Positions 51,516 through 63,719 of a stretch of 64,000 nt of DNA are shown piece after piece; within the stretch, counting starts at the first letter, position 1; the number at the start of each line of letters is the position of its first letter. The stretch comes from Takakia lepidozioides. Its lineage: Eukaryota > Plantae > Bryophyta. The translations under genes and the position numbers were made by a program. The stretch spans positions 10,478,001 to 10,542,000 of the forward strand of contig CM060732.1 of NCBI GenBank assembly GCA_030704615.1. Direction: 5' to 3'. The notes under the pieces were generated by a model. That model was given only the letters and a program-made list of their open reading frames with translations, did no database searches and was not told the origin of the DNA.

Positions 51516-54500
51516 ATGGCAGGTGAAGGGCGTGAGGACATGAGGACAGCAGATCCGGCAATGGAGGTTGTTCATGCACATGCAGTAGGGCCCGCCCACG
51601 CAAAGAAAAAGAAGAAAGCTAAGCACATGCAATCCCCGGCGAGAGAGCAGTCACGGGCTGCGGAGGGGGGAGTGAGCAGTGCGCGCGAGGGTGTCAGTTC
51701 GCCTCAATCAAAGGTGGTCGTCCTGGAGGGCTCCCCTGCTGCTAGCCCTAGTAAGAAACAGAAAGCCCGTGAGAGGGCAAAAGAGAGGGCAAAAGAACAG
51801 ACGAGACAGAATGCTAGCCAGGAGGAAAGACAAAAGGCAGCTGAAGAGGCCAGGGGTGCCCAAATGACAGATGCCAATGTAAGCGAGGGACCCACAGAGA
51901 CGGTGGATCCCTCAAGACACCACAGAGAGGCAGTAGCACACACCGGTTAGACCATCGCGGGCAAGAGCAGCCCCGCAATTACCCATACGGGTGGAGAGTG
52001 GAGGAGAGGAAAGAACACCTGAAAGAGCACGGATTGTGCAAGTTCGAGGTGAAGCCAGGGAGAGGGCAGTAGAGACGACGAGAGTGCTGGAGGTGGTTTC
52101 GCAGGTGGCTGACCCTGTTGAGGAGGACGACATGGAGGTTTCTGACCAGGATGACATCCTCCCGGACATCCCCAGGCCCCAAACCCGGAGCATACAGGCT
52201 GGATTTGGCGGTCCTGGTGGGCTGCCGGAAAACCCCTCTGCAGCAGACGTCATGTCTGAGGCGGATATGAAGTTGGCCGCTGCCAAGATGTTGGAGGCAA
52301 CCCACAGCAACATTGGCAGGGTGCTGGGGGGCATGGTGTACCCGGCCAAGCTTCGAATTCCCCTTTGCCGCTTGGTGTCATTGCAGGTGGTGAGACCTGC
52401 CCTCCCAGGCGATATCGACAAGCTGAAACTGAATTCTCTTTCCGGGATGGATATCGAATGGGGTCTGCCGCGTTTTACGTTTCCATTGAGAACGACCACG
52501 GAGCTTCCCGTGCCCACACTTCCGATGAGGTGGACAAATGGGGTCCCCATTGGCAAACGCGAAATGAGGAGTTCGAGAGATCGATGCTAGTGAATCCTCT
52601 TTTCCAGCCATGTCCGGTAAGATGTTCTACGTGTGGGACGGCAATCATCGCCTCCTGGCATGGATGGGCACATTGCCCCAAGCCCACCCCAACGATCTCG
52701 ATTGCATTTCGCCGTCGATTGTGTTGTGCTGAAGGTTGCGGGGCCCAAAGATCGCAGGTCTTTCAAAGCTGCAATGGCGACATCAACTCGTAAGCTACAA
52801 CCCCTCTTGCTTTTGGACTTTGAATTTGGAAGTCATTTCATTGCGAATCCTCATATATGATGAAAATTCCCATTTCAGTATTGTTTGATGGAAATGTGGC
52901 ACTGCAGGGTGACTGAGAATGCCTTCATTGCCACCAACTTGTCCCATATGCTCTTCCGAGTGAAGGATGTCGGGAGCAGGGGGTGCAAGAGTTTGCCAAT
53001 TCCCTCAGTGCCGACGCCTGCGCAAGTCGGAGGCAAAGGCAGACAGAACCTGTATAGGCTGAGCGTCGACGCCATGGTGGACTACATATTTCGGGTAAAG
53101 CTCTGACGTTTTGTTGAGCTAATCAGAAGAAATTGTGTTGAGCAGGATCTCTAATCTTATGTGCGCATCTTGACAGACGAAAATACAGCAAGATTTGGCA
53201 CATGCGCGGAGGTTCTACATGGAGTCAGAGGAGAAGAATCCAACCCTCCCGGAACTCGAATCGTATGTCAAAGCTGAGGGTGAGGGCCCGCATTAAAGTA
53301 CAAGTCGCGGATGGTAAAGTACGTGGCCATAGCTGATCCCGCCCTTGGTGCCGACTTTCTGGTGGAGGTGGGAAGCACTACTCTCGCGCTCTGAAGCCCA
53401 CGATGACATTGGAGAAGCTCCATCGTCTAGCCACATCCTGTGTGGATGCAACAGAAAAGGTGATACATTCTTAACAAATTGTTGGTGGCAACAACTCCTT
53501 TTGTGGTGTTTGGCGCTTACGAATATGCTGGGTGGTTGGACAGACCCGTGGCTCCAAATCTGGAATGGTTCCCAAAGTACCAGGGACATGTGGAGCTTCC
53601 CCAAACCGGACAAACTCTCTGACCCCACATTCGACATGTGGATGAACCGCATGACATGGTGTTTCAGGTACTTCCCCACGCTTCGTTTGGGGCTTCTACT
53701 CTAGTAGGGGGTGGATTCATTGTATTTTTTGAGGAAAGCGATCTGATGGACAATCTCCACAGGTGACGACGAATGCGCAAGAGCAGCTGGACACACAAGC
53801 ACATCAGTTCAAGATGGAGATATCTCCTGCAGCAGAGAGCCTACGTGACTATGTGACGAGGTACTTTCTGCTCTACAAAACCAACCTATTCTTTCGGGAG
53901 ATAGCAGATGCTCGCCGGAGCCACGAGTTCACCGACCCAGCCGAACCGGACAAAGCAGCAATGCGCCTTCTGTACAGGTACATACGCGCTGCCTTTCTTT
54001 CAAGTCCTGGCATTTCAGGATGTTAGAGGCCTCAAGTGGTGTTAGGGAAAATGGCGCGAATTTCCAGTCAGGGCTCCGAAAATGGCTAAGTCCTAGACTG
54101 GCTGGCCGGAACTGGAAATTCGGCGCCATTTTCCAGTTCTAGGCCCTATTGCCGTCAGGGACTTAGCCATTTTCGGGCTAAGTCCTAGACTGGCTGGCCC
54201 TGAAGTGGAATTCGGCGCCAATTCCAGTTTTCGGGCTAATCCCTATTTTCGGCGTGCCCGTTCAGGGACTTAGCCATTTTCGGGCTAAGTCCCTAGACTG
54301 GCTGGCCCTGAAATTCGGGCGCCATAGTAGGCCCTATGCCGTTCAGGGACTTAGCCATTTTCGGCCTAAGTCCCTAGTGTGGCTGGCCCGGAACTGGAAA
54401 TTCGGCGCCGTTTTCCAGTTCTAGGCCCTATTGCCATCCAGGGACTTAGCCATTTTCGGCTAAGTCCCTAGACTGGCTGGCCCTGAAGAAATTCGGCGCC

Positions 54501-57087
54501 ATTTTCCAGTTCCAATTGCGTTCAGGGACTTAGCCATTTTCGGGCTAAGTCCCTAATTGGCCCTGAAGGGAAATTCGGCGCCATATTCAGTTTTAGCCCT
54601 AGTTCAGGACTTAGCCATTTTCGGGCTAAGTCCTAGACTGGGTGGCCCTGAAGTGAAATTCGGCGCCATATTCCAGTTGTAGGCCCTATTGCCGTTCAGG
54701 GACTTAGCCATTTTCGGACCTCATTGTGTTTTTCATGAATGCAGGTACTGTAAGTTCTCCCTTTTGGAGTAAGGTCATCTGTCTTTCGAGCCACCATTCT
54801 TCCTGGCATGGAGGAACCCTGGGGCTGACTCCATGTACACTGACGATATTGTGAAGGAGTGGCATCTGGAACATTTGCGTGATTGCCCTTGGTATGTGGA
54901 CCTTCCGCCCGGCTCGCTCGACCCATCCGAGTTTCAATTGAAGCTGGATGCTGAATTCCGACGAAAACCGGGCTCCGCTGCCTCCGTTGGGTGCAAAAGA
55001 GGCAAAAGCGCTTGCGAACTCCAAGAAAGCGGCAGAGCTTGCTCAGGCAGGAATTTAGGAGAAATTGCATGAGAAGAGTAAAGGTCAAAGGAAAAGGACA
55101 AGGAAACAGGTGACTGCAATAACACCCAAAAAGAAGAAAACCATCGGGCATCGGAGGAGGCGCAGGAGGGGACCCAAGAGAGTGACTCGACGCCGATTTT
55201 GTTCAAGTCCTGCGACTGCTATTGCTCCTACCCAGTCACCGGTCGTCGGGTTCCCAAGTCAGTTCGGAGTGGGACTGGCTCTGCCAAGAAGTTGGCATTT
55301 GAGGGCGAGCCTACACGCCGGTATTCGGCGGTGACGTTTACGCACAGGCCAAAGCTAGAACCTCCAACCATCATCCAATGCGTCAATGAGAGCTTCCTTG
55401 ACGCTCTCGCTGCCAGGGCGAAGAAGGTGGCACACAACAAGTCTTGCGGAGCAGAAGGGGAAAGCCAAGAAGAGGGCTGGCGGGTACAGAGCCTAAAGAC
55501 ACCCCTGGTTTTGAAGCCATGATGGAATTCTTCACGGCTGTGAGCACGAATTGCAAGAGCATCGGGGGGGGGGGGGGTTGAGGTGGAGAGAGCTTGCGAC
55601 ATGATTCTCCTCGACATTCCAGATGGGGAGCTGCTGGAGGGCCTGGATGGTGTGCCCACCTGGAACAGGTTTACTGAGGACTACTGGAAGCCGGGTTTGG
55701 GCTGGCGGGGATGCTTTTGGATGACGGTGGATGTGTGGTTGTCCTTGCCACGAGAGGGAAGACCACAGAGAATGCGGTGGCAAGGTGGACACCGAAAAGT
55801 GTCACCCCGGTCCTCCTCAGAAAATGGTTCTGCATCAGTATGCAGGGGTGCGAACAGAGGGCCAAAGTGTAAGTTATCAATCTATTGCATTCACTTCATA
55901 TTGTGGTGTATGTTAAGTAGACCCTGGAATTGATCCCCTCTTTGTTGGATGTGCAGACATTGGTGTTTGAGGCATATTGCTTTGTGAAGAGAGGGTCTAC
56001 GTTCAAATTCCGCAACGACGGTCGTCTTGTTGATGCCGCTGTGGACCCTGTAACCTACGATGTCCTCTACAACTATGTGCCCCACTCTAGTATGCCGAAG
56101 GGACACAAAGACAGGCAAACCGTGGCGGTACAGCCGGACCCGGAGCCCTGCTTTCATCCAAACCCTCATGGAGACGTGCTCGGATGTCCAAGGGCGGATT
56201 CTGGACCTCACATGCGGCACGGGTAAGCCTTCACGTGCTCAGTTTGTCCCCTGGCCCCATTGCAATTGCATGCCGCAAGCTATTAACCGCCCGCTTTGTT
56301 CCTCAGGTGCTTCAATGTGGGCAGGGACGTTGTCCGACAGGCATGTGTTCGCCTTCGAGCCAGATACTGCCCTCCACAACTCGGAACTTGCAGCGGCTGA
56401 ACGTCTGCCGAAAGAGGAAGAGGCATCCTCGGAGGATGAGGAAAAATCCGAGAAGGAGCAGGGGGAGGAAGTTGGGATCGAGGCCGAGAGCCCCCGGTTT
56501 ACGAGTGAGTGGTGGCATTGTAAGTTGCCTCCAGATTTTGTGAGGCACCTCCCTCCGCTCTCTTATTTCATTGAAAACCCTTTCTGGTTGTGCTGGTATT
56601 GACATTCTTGAAGTGGATTTGTTCTTACTGTAGGATGCCAAGTACTGCCGGAGGGACGTCTACACCGGAGTTTCATGGCAGGAGGAACGTGCCTTTTTTG
56701 CCAGGGGGATTTCATGCCTAGTCCAGGAAGGGAGTACATTCCTTCTACTTATGCTGCCCGGCTTGCTTCGGTGTCCATTAGGAGGTGTTCCGACGTAGTC
56801 GTGTACAGCAGATTTTAGACGAGGCAAGCCTCAAGAAAATGAAGATGAGGGAGGAGGCAGCAGCTATTAGAGCCCGTCGGGCTCGTAGATTTGTGTTGGA
56901 TTCTGCTGATGAAAGTGGGGAGAAGACGCAGAAGATTTCCCAGGAGGTGAGGTGGACAGTCCCCCAAGAGGACGGGATTTTTGAGAGGCATAGTGGAACT
57001 GATGCATCACAGAGCTCGGAGGATGAGGGGGATGAGGGGGATGAGGAAGAAGGTGGGGCAAGTTCCTCGGAGGGTGTAGGAGAGTAG
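51516..57087 (+). pseudogene. B1 cargo gene: low-complexity N-terminus, ParB/Srx-like domain, beta-class amino-MTase-like domain, acidic tail
   Basis: KMFYVWDGNHRLLAW (DGNHR at 52637-52651), DMILLDIPDG (55613-55627), LLDDGGCVVVLA, RSPAFIQTLMETCSDVQGRILDLTCGTG, intron 56223-56306, ASMWAGTLSDRHVFAFEPD. About eight exons with several frameshifts. The start codon is tentative. Confidence 0.8.
54040..54720. repeat. Intronic tandem repeat (about 110-120-bp units) in the cargo gene
   Basis: Repeated GGGACTTAGCCATTTTCGGGCTAAGTCCC hairpin plus GAAATTCGGCGCCATTTTCCAG. Confidence 0.85.
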
Positions 57088-57504
57088 TGCCCATTCCGGC
57101 TATGACAGTTAGAACACACTTGTATAGACGTGGCTTGCCACAAAATTTGCAATAAAATGTTGCATTTCAAGTCCACTGGTGCCACATTCCAACTTCACAT
57201 GACCCTATTTCCGTGGACTCACAATGGTCTGCTCATGCTTTTTTTTTTTCCGCTCATGCTCATGCCGCTCATGAAATAGCAGCCCCCACTGGGACCATGG
57301 AACCGACATTTTTTTATTTTTTTTGGCATAACCGGTAGATTGAGAACCGGCCAAAAAAAAAAGTCATGTTTTTAATGAGAACCTGTAACCGAGATGTTTT
57401 TCAAACCTATTGGTATACCCTGCCCCGGCAATCCTTTTTTTTCAAAGATTAGGTCATAACCGGGACCAGGAGAGGGCTCAAAACATGGTAACCGACCAAT
57501 ACTG

Positions 57505-57676
57505 GACCCGACCCGCTACTCTGGCTCGCGAGTAGCGGGTTTAGCAGGTTCTGGACCTAGCTGGCAGGTCCGGGTCCGAGTTTTTGGTGATGGCACGGGT
57601 CCGGATCCGGAATGGTGACCCGGACCCGGGTACCCGCCGGGTACCCGGGGTCAAAACCCGGACCTGCACAATACTG
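57505..57676. mobile_element. Right end of a further hAT-like MITE (ACCCG/CGGGT-rich)
   Basis: GACCCG and CGGGTC motifs ending in CAATACTG. The left end was not identified. Confidence 0.45.
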
Positions 57677-58182
57677 TCGTTGGTGTCGTCGATGATCATG
57701 AAGAAATTGAGTACGTTGATGCACTCACTTCTCTGCGGACCCGACAAAAACAAAACACAAAAAAACATTTAAAAAAATTAAAAATTGTATCCCCCCCCCC
57801 CCCCCCTTTGAGTGCATCAACGCACTCAATTTCTTCCTAATCAATTTCTTGATGATCATCGACAACATCTACCCAAATGCCGAAAATAAATAAAATAAAA
57901 AATAAATCTGATGATCGTCAACGACATCTACCCAAGATGTCAGGGGGAAAAAAGTATCCTAAGAAATAGGGAAACAAAGTCTCTGCAGAATGCATTTTTC
58001 TTCTGGATGTTATATATCTCCGCGGATATAGGTATGCACCCACGGTATTAGGCCCATCATCTTCCACAATTCCATCCGCGGCTGGGCTGGGTTGTGCGCC
58101 ACGTGGCGTCAGCCTACGTGGTTGTGAGCCCACGTGACGTGGGCTCACACGCTCACGCGGCCAGGCTCATGCGGAGGCATTC

Positions 58183-59870
58183 CCCTGGTTGCAGCAGGAG
58201 TCATTGAACCGGGGTTAAAGGGGAAGTTCGCTTGTTAGTTGCTAACCCTGATAGAATCAATGTGCATGTGAGGAAGGGTCAGGTTCTTGCTCGTCTCACT
58301 GCAGTGCCCATTTCTGACTGAACCTCCGTTTGGAGTGCTTTAAAGCTGCAAGACATTGGGTTAGTAGACTCACATGTGGATCAATTGCAGGCTTTTGTAG
58401 CCCACCAAGGCTCTGCTATCCATCCTGTTCTTACCTCTGATCAGGAGCTGCACTTTCAGCAGATACTCAAGGATATCAAACTTGGAGACCACCTCACTCC
58501 CGACCAAACCAGACTCTTCCATAATTTCATTCAAGGTAACCTTGATGTTTTCAGTAAAAGCCCGCATGACTTAGGCAAAACTGACATCCTCCAACATGAT
58601 ATTGTGACCGAGAGGAAGCCTATCAAACAATATGCTTATCGTGAGAGTGTTCGAGAGCGCCATGTGATACAAGAGGAGATCTCTCGTATGTTGGACGCAT
58701 GTGTGATCACTCCCGGCTCTATCTCCCTTTGGGCTAGTCCCATCGTTTTAGTTGGCAAAAAGGATGGCTCCACCCAGTTCCGTGTTGATTATCGTTGCTT
58801 AAATGCTATTACTAAACGGGATGTATATCCTTTGCCATGCATCAATGAAACATTGGATCAAATCAATGGCGCTACAATCTTTTCCTCCTTAGATCTTGCT
58901 GCTGGTTGTTGGCAGGTCCCACTCACCTCCACAGCCAAAGAGAAGACTGCCTTTACCTGTAGAATGGACATGTATCAGTTCAAAACTATGCCATTTGGTC
59001 TTTGTAACACCACTGCCACTTTTCAGAGGCTCATGGATGTTGTTTTAGGCGACCTGCGATGGGAATGTGCATTTGTCTATATCGATGATATTAATGTCTA
59101 CTCTACAAAATTTGAAGCTCACTTGTTGGATCTCCAAAGAGTGGTGTGCAGACTGAGAGCTGCAGGGCTTAAAGTCAAAGCCAAAAAATGCGATTTCTGC
59201 ATGGAACAACTGCATTTTTTGGGCCACTTGCTCTCTGCTATTGACATCAACCCCAACCCAAGCAAAATCCATGCAGTATGGGAGTATCCTATACCCAAAG
59301 ACAAGCAGTGTGTCAAAGCATTCTTGGGCCTTGGCTCTTACTATAGACGTTTTATCTTTCATTTTGCCAAGATTGTTGCTCCTTTAACCAGGCTACTCTC
59401 TAAAGATGTTTGCTTTTCGTGGGGTACTGCTGAGTCATCTGCTTTTGAAAAATTAAAGATTACTTTGACCTCAGCCCCTGTTCTTGCTTATCCAGATTTC
59501 ACAAAGCCCTTTCTTTTACAGACTGACGTCAGTGATCATGTAATCTCTGCTGTCCTCAGCCAGGTGCATGAAGGTCGTGAGCATGCTGTGGCATATGCGT
59601 CTCACAGGCTAGACAAGCACACGAAAAACTATTCCATCACAGATAAATAAGGGTTAGCAGTCATTTTTGGTGTTAAATATTTTCGCCAATACTTACGTGG
59701 CTGTCCTTTTGTCATTGAAACTGATCGCTTGCTGTTGAAAGCCCTGCTCACTCATAGGGAACTCACGGGAGATTGGCAAGGTAGGCCCTGATTTTACAGA
59801 CCTATGATTTCAAGATCACTTTAAAACACGACAAAGACAATGTCAACACCGATGCTCTCACACGTGGCGA
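58183..59870 (+). mobile_element. Ty3/gypsy element, right part (dUTPase-like second half, RT, RNase H); integrase absent
   Basis: ORF 58376-59650: WASPIVLVGKKDGS, YIDDINVYS, FLLQTDVSD..VAYASH..NYSITDK followed by a stop. Confidence 0.9.
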
Positions 59871-60844
59871 AACCAAAATCTCTGAACCATGCCTCCTTGG
59901 ATGATTTGCTCCCAGTTTCATCTAGTTCTTCTTCCTCCTCACATGCACATGTTGTTTATGATCCTTGTGCCTTGAGCCATTTGATGTATTTTCCTGCTAG
60001 GCCTGCTGATTTGCTGGCTACTTGGGATTTAATCCAGTTTGATGTTCATTAATTGATCCTTAGGTGCTAGAGGTGATTGGAAGTGTGGCAGCTTGCAATC
60101 AGGTCTGGCTCTGGCCCTTACCTTTGTCTTGTTCATTTTATCCAGCTTTGCCATGCCTTGTTATCCAGACCAAGGGACTGAGCTCTCTCTCTAAAGCCTG
60201 CTTGCAACCTTATAGGCAGCCAACTGAGTTGCCCCCCATCTCCACCAAGATTCCGGGGCCGGGGTTATATTCCCCTTTTCGTCCGGGAATTACCAATACA
60301 TGGGTTGTAGCTCTGTAGAAGAGAGTCTTGCTAGACATGACGGAAATCAATCACAACAGCTCATGCTAAATCAAACGTTCATCCAAGATACATGCACACT
60401 CAAGTTCCCGAATCCAACAAGTACGCAATACGTTCTTTGAGATTGAATCTGCCACCGCCTGAGGGCCCAAAGGCCAGGTTTAAATAGAAGTGCCAATCGG
60501 CTAATCACAAGTATAGGTGTCTGCACAGCCATTGGGTCAGATTATAGACTACAGGCATCACACATCAGTGGCATGTAGGATGACCCCGATCCTAAACTAG
60601 CTCTTATGAAAAGACAAGCTTAAATTAATCTATCCTAGCTGTACCAGCTCATCCTAGTTGCACCAACTTAGCGGTTCATTTGGGCTTCATCCGGTGCCCT
60701 TTCATCCAAGATCAAAAAGCAGGTGAGGAGGAACAGCCTCTGTCCCTTGTTTTATTTTAAAAAGATAAAAGATAAAAAGGTAAAGTCACATCTCTATGTT
60801 GAAGGCCCCAATCGCGCCCTCACAAAAACCTGGAGAGTTCAAAC

Positions 60845-61350
60845 CAGTGTTGGTCTGGTATATAGGTGAAGGACTGGTATAAAATACAGGTATTAGATAC
60901 CAGACCAGTCTGGTATCATCTGGGAGAATACTGGGTCATATACCAGACCAGGCTGGTATCAGTTTTTTCATACCAGCCTCAATACCAGTACTTCCCCGCC
61001 GTCTTCCTCATTTACTCTGGTATGTATACTATATTAATTTATGTGTATATATGCCTACATACTTATGTATATTTATTTCTTTATTTATATTGTATTTGTT
61101 TTCACTTGATACTTGCTAGTGATAAACTTGTAATTCAAGATGGCTTTGGAATGATACCAGAATTGATATCTCGTACCAGCTGATATTGTGGTCATGATAC
61201 TCATACTCATACCAGTATGTAGAGAATTATACATCCACCATTATATAGACCAGACTGGTATAATTTTTTTGTGATACGTCTGGTACCAGGACCAGTCTGG
61301 TATGTCCTAACACTGATACCAGAACAACACTTGATACCAGAACAACACTG
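60845..61350. mobile_element. hAT-family MITE, 506 bp
   Basis: TIRs CAGTGTTGGTCTGGTAT and CAGTGTTGTTCTGGTAT (16/17). Perfect 8-bp TSD GTTCAAAC at 60837-60844 and 61351-61358. Internal (A)TACCAG/CTGGTA motifs. Confidence 0.93.
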
Positions 61351-61542
61351 GTTCAAACAGCCCATCTCCTCGCGACATCTTCCTCACTTGCTCACCAAAT
61401 CTGTGCTCCTTATTAAGTTCGATGCAGTGGAAGGACAGCAAGCAAACTGCTATGAGCGGAAAAATCAGCTCTTTTTGTGGCCGTGTCGTTGCCTCGGATC
61501 ACTGGATCTTCACAGGGCGGCCACAACCAGGATATTGACATC

Positions 61543-63719
61543 ATGCTGCTGCGCACTCCGCCGGAGCGACGAAGGCGACCTCCAACAACGTCACCTCATG
61601 CCGATGATTCACCAGGTCCTTCACCGCCGCGGTGGGACAACCAGCCTTTCAATTCGCCTCTCTCTTCAGCCTTTACTTCTGTCGAGAGGCCCTCTCCCAC
61701 CAAGCGACCCAGGTTTCCTATAGAATACCCTGAAGACAATAATCCCCTTTCTCGCAGGGCACTGCAAGTTTACCATGATGCGTGGAGATTCGGCAGCCAA
61801 CAATTGGTTGCACACCAGCGGGCAGAGCTCGACAGCAACGTGGATTTTCCCGGCTACGCGGGTGAGTACGGTTTGCCGCTTTTGAATCCAGGGTCTGCGG
61901 CTGGAGACGGCGATGAAGATCAAGACCCTCTGGAGCATGACTCATTGCGCTGTACCTACAAATGCCGGAATATGGTACTGATTTATCTATTGATCAAGTT
62001 AAGTATCTGTGAAGGTTCGCCTGATTTAGCTCCTTGCATGGATGTCGCGGGGGTCAAGGTGTTTTTTTGCAGTGAAGTAGCCTGGAAGGTGTGTATAAAC
62101 TGTATCGTCGTCATCAACACTTGGACTCATCAACAGCTTCATTGATACATCTGTAATTCTCAAGGATGTAGGATTGAGTGTCCAGATGCTAGAAAATGTC
62201 TCAAATTTCGGGAAAATTTTGGTAAATGTCCTGCGATGGATGCAGCAAACCATGCTACTGTCATTGCAATGGAGGCTAAATCTCAAGTATGAGTTCTGCT
62301 GACCTGAAGTGCCATTTGGGCAGGTGAAGTCAGAGGTTTTGGAGGCCTTGGAAATCAGGGAGAAGCAGGTGATTGAGCTTCAGGCTACCATCAAGTCTCT
62401 TCAGGTTGGGTGGGCTTCTGCAGGTACAGATATCATTACCATATTGAATCAGGTGAGTACAATATACAATTGTAAGGTTGAGGGCGACTTTTCATCTGAA
62501 TGTGACATTTCACAATTATGTGGGCAGGTGGTATATATTACAAGGGAACTGTGAATGGCTGCCCTTTCCCTTGCCCCCTCTCCTGCTGATGTTATCATTG
62601 TGGGTGAGCAGAGGCTGAAAAGAAGAGATTAATGCAAGGGAAAGAGTGGTTGGAGCAAGCTGCGGTGGCTGCAAGTGGTCGGGAGGCGTCATTGCACGCA
62701 CAGCGGCTGCAGGACAGTGAGAAAGCTGATGAAATGCTCCGGTTGCAGCTAAAACGTTGCAGTGAACTCCAGGTCCTGGATCTGGCTTGGAGACACATGT
62801 GTGGTTGTATGTGTATATCACATATATGATATGTCGATTACATTGCTCTCACGCAAACTTTGGTGATATCACAATACAGGCTCGGCTACAAGAAGAGATT
62901 CAGCAGAAGACGGAGGCTCGGATTACTGCTAGGGCGGCAGAGGCTAAGGCAGAGGCTGCTGAAGAAGCCAGAGAGAAAAAAGAAAGAGATGCTGCAAGAG
63001 AGATTGAGCAGCTCAAGGTAGAGCTTGCCAGGTCACAAAGAGATAGTGGTTATACTCTTTCAAGAATCAAAGCTGAGGTAGAGCCTCTGCAACCAGAATC
63101 CTACTGTGACAAGTCATACTTCGAACCCAAATATGGCATCTGATATTGTCCTTTTCCAGCATTGGTCCAAGATACTTTTCAGAAGCACATTGAGGTCTAA
63201 TAGCTGCATTTCCGCCTTGCAGAATGCAGCTCTGATGGGACGGGCAAGGACTGCAGCAGAGGAGGTTGAGAGCTTGCAGTTGCAACTAGAAGAAGAACAG
63301 AGGCACTTAGCTAAGGTAGTTCAAATTTTGTGGTAGGACAAAGTAAAATGTCTTCATTGGATTTTTACTTGTTGACTTTCTGTTCCATGAAGTCAAAGCT
63401 GGTATTCTCTAGGTTTTACAAATGGTCATAGACTACAAAGTGTGATATTAACAGCACTAGGACCGTCTGAAAATTTGCGACCAATTTGAACCTTCCTTTT
63501 TTCTCTGTTGCAACATACAGGGGAAAGTTTAGCCTACATTTATTTTGCCTCTGTAATCTTACAAAGTGGAGCTCTGTGCTGGGGGTGTAGAGCTTGGAAG
63601 GAAAACAGGAGTTGGAACACAAGGTTGCTCATGGGATGGCACAGGTTTCCTCACGGGCAACTGGGCTGGTTGAGGCCGACTCCGTCATCAGACATCTCCA
63701 AGAGGAGCTTAGTCACTGC
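61543..63719 (+). CDS. MAD1: Mitotic spindle checkpoint protein MAD1, first six exons (continues beyond the window)
   Basis: Exons 61543-61974, 62324-62423, 62612-62772, 62880-63077, 63223-63315 and 63591-63719 join in frame with GT-AG introns. MLLRTP.., CTYKCRNMVKSEVLEAL, a coiled coil and IRHLQEEL match plant MAD1 as I recall it (MILRTP, CTYQCRQMVK, KHLQEEL). Confidence 0.88.

Larger units (their letters stand above)
44532..57287. mobile_element. MULE-like copy B1, full span (12.76 kb)
   Basis: TIRs GAGGTTTGCTATTTCATGAGC and GGGGGCTGCTATTTCATGAGC (reverse complement). Flanks ACTGGTAC and ACTGGGAC (7/8). Divergent transposase and cargo genes surround a palindrome array. Confidence 0.92.
43920..57504. 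mobile_element. hAT-like non-autonomous element (about 0.8 kb net) hosting B1
   Basis: Termini CAGTGTT and AATACTG. 8-bp flanks GACCTGAC (43912-43919) and GACCCGAC (57505-57512). AACCGG subterminal motifs at both ends. Confidence 0.55.
43661..58182. mobile_element. Composite insertion: outer element with degenerate long inverted ends and a 10-bp direct repeat
   Basis: CCTGGTTGCA at 43651-43660 and 58183-58192. The gypsy frame rejoins across it (HYLVA|AGVIEPG). Patchy inverted similarity between 43661-43850 and 58010-58182. Confidence 0.65.

Noticed and set aside
51516-57087. Prophage or bacterial contamination as the source of the ParB-MTase
   Set aside because: The gene has GT-AG introns conserved between subfamilies and lies inside TIR/TSD-bounded elements nested among plant TEs.
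61975-62145. C-terminal part of the 222-aa ORF 61477-62145
   Set aside because: It is read-through into MAD1 intron 1. Homology continues at 62324 after the GT donor at 61975.
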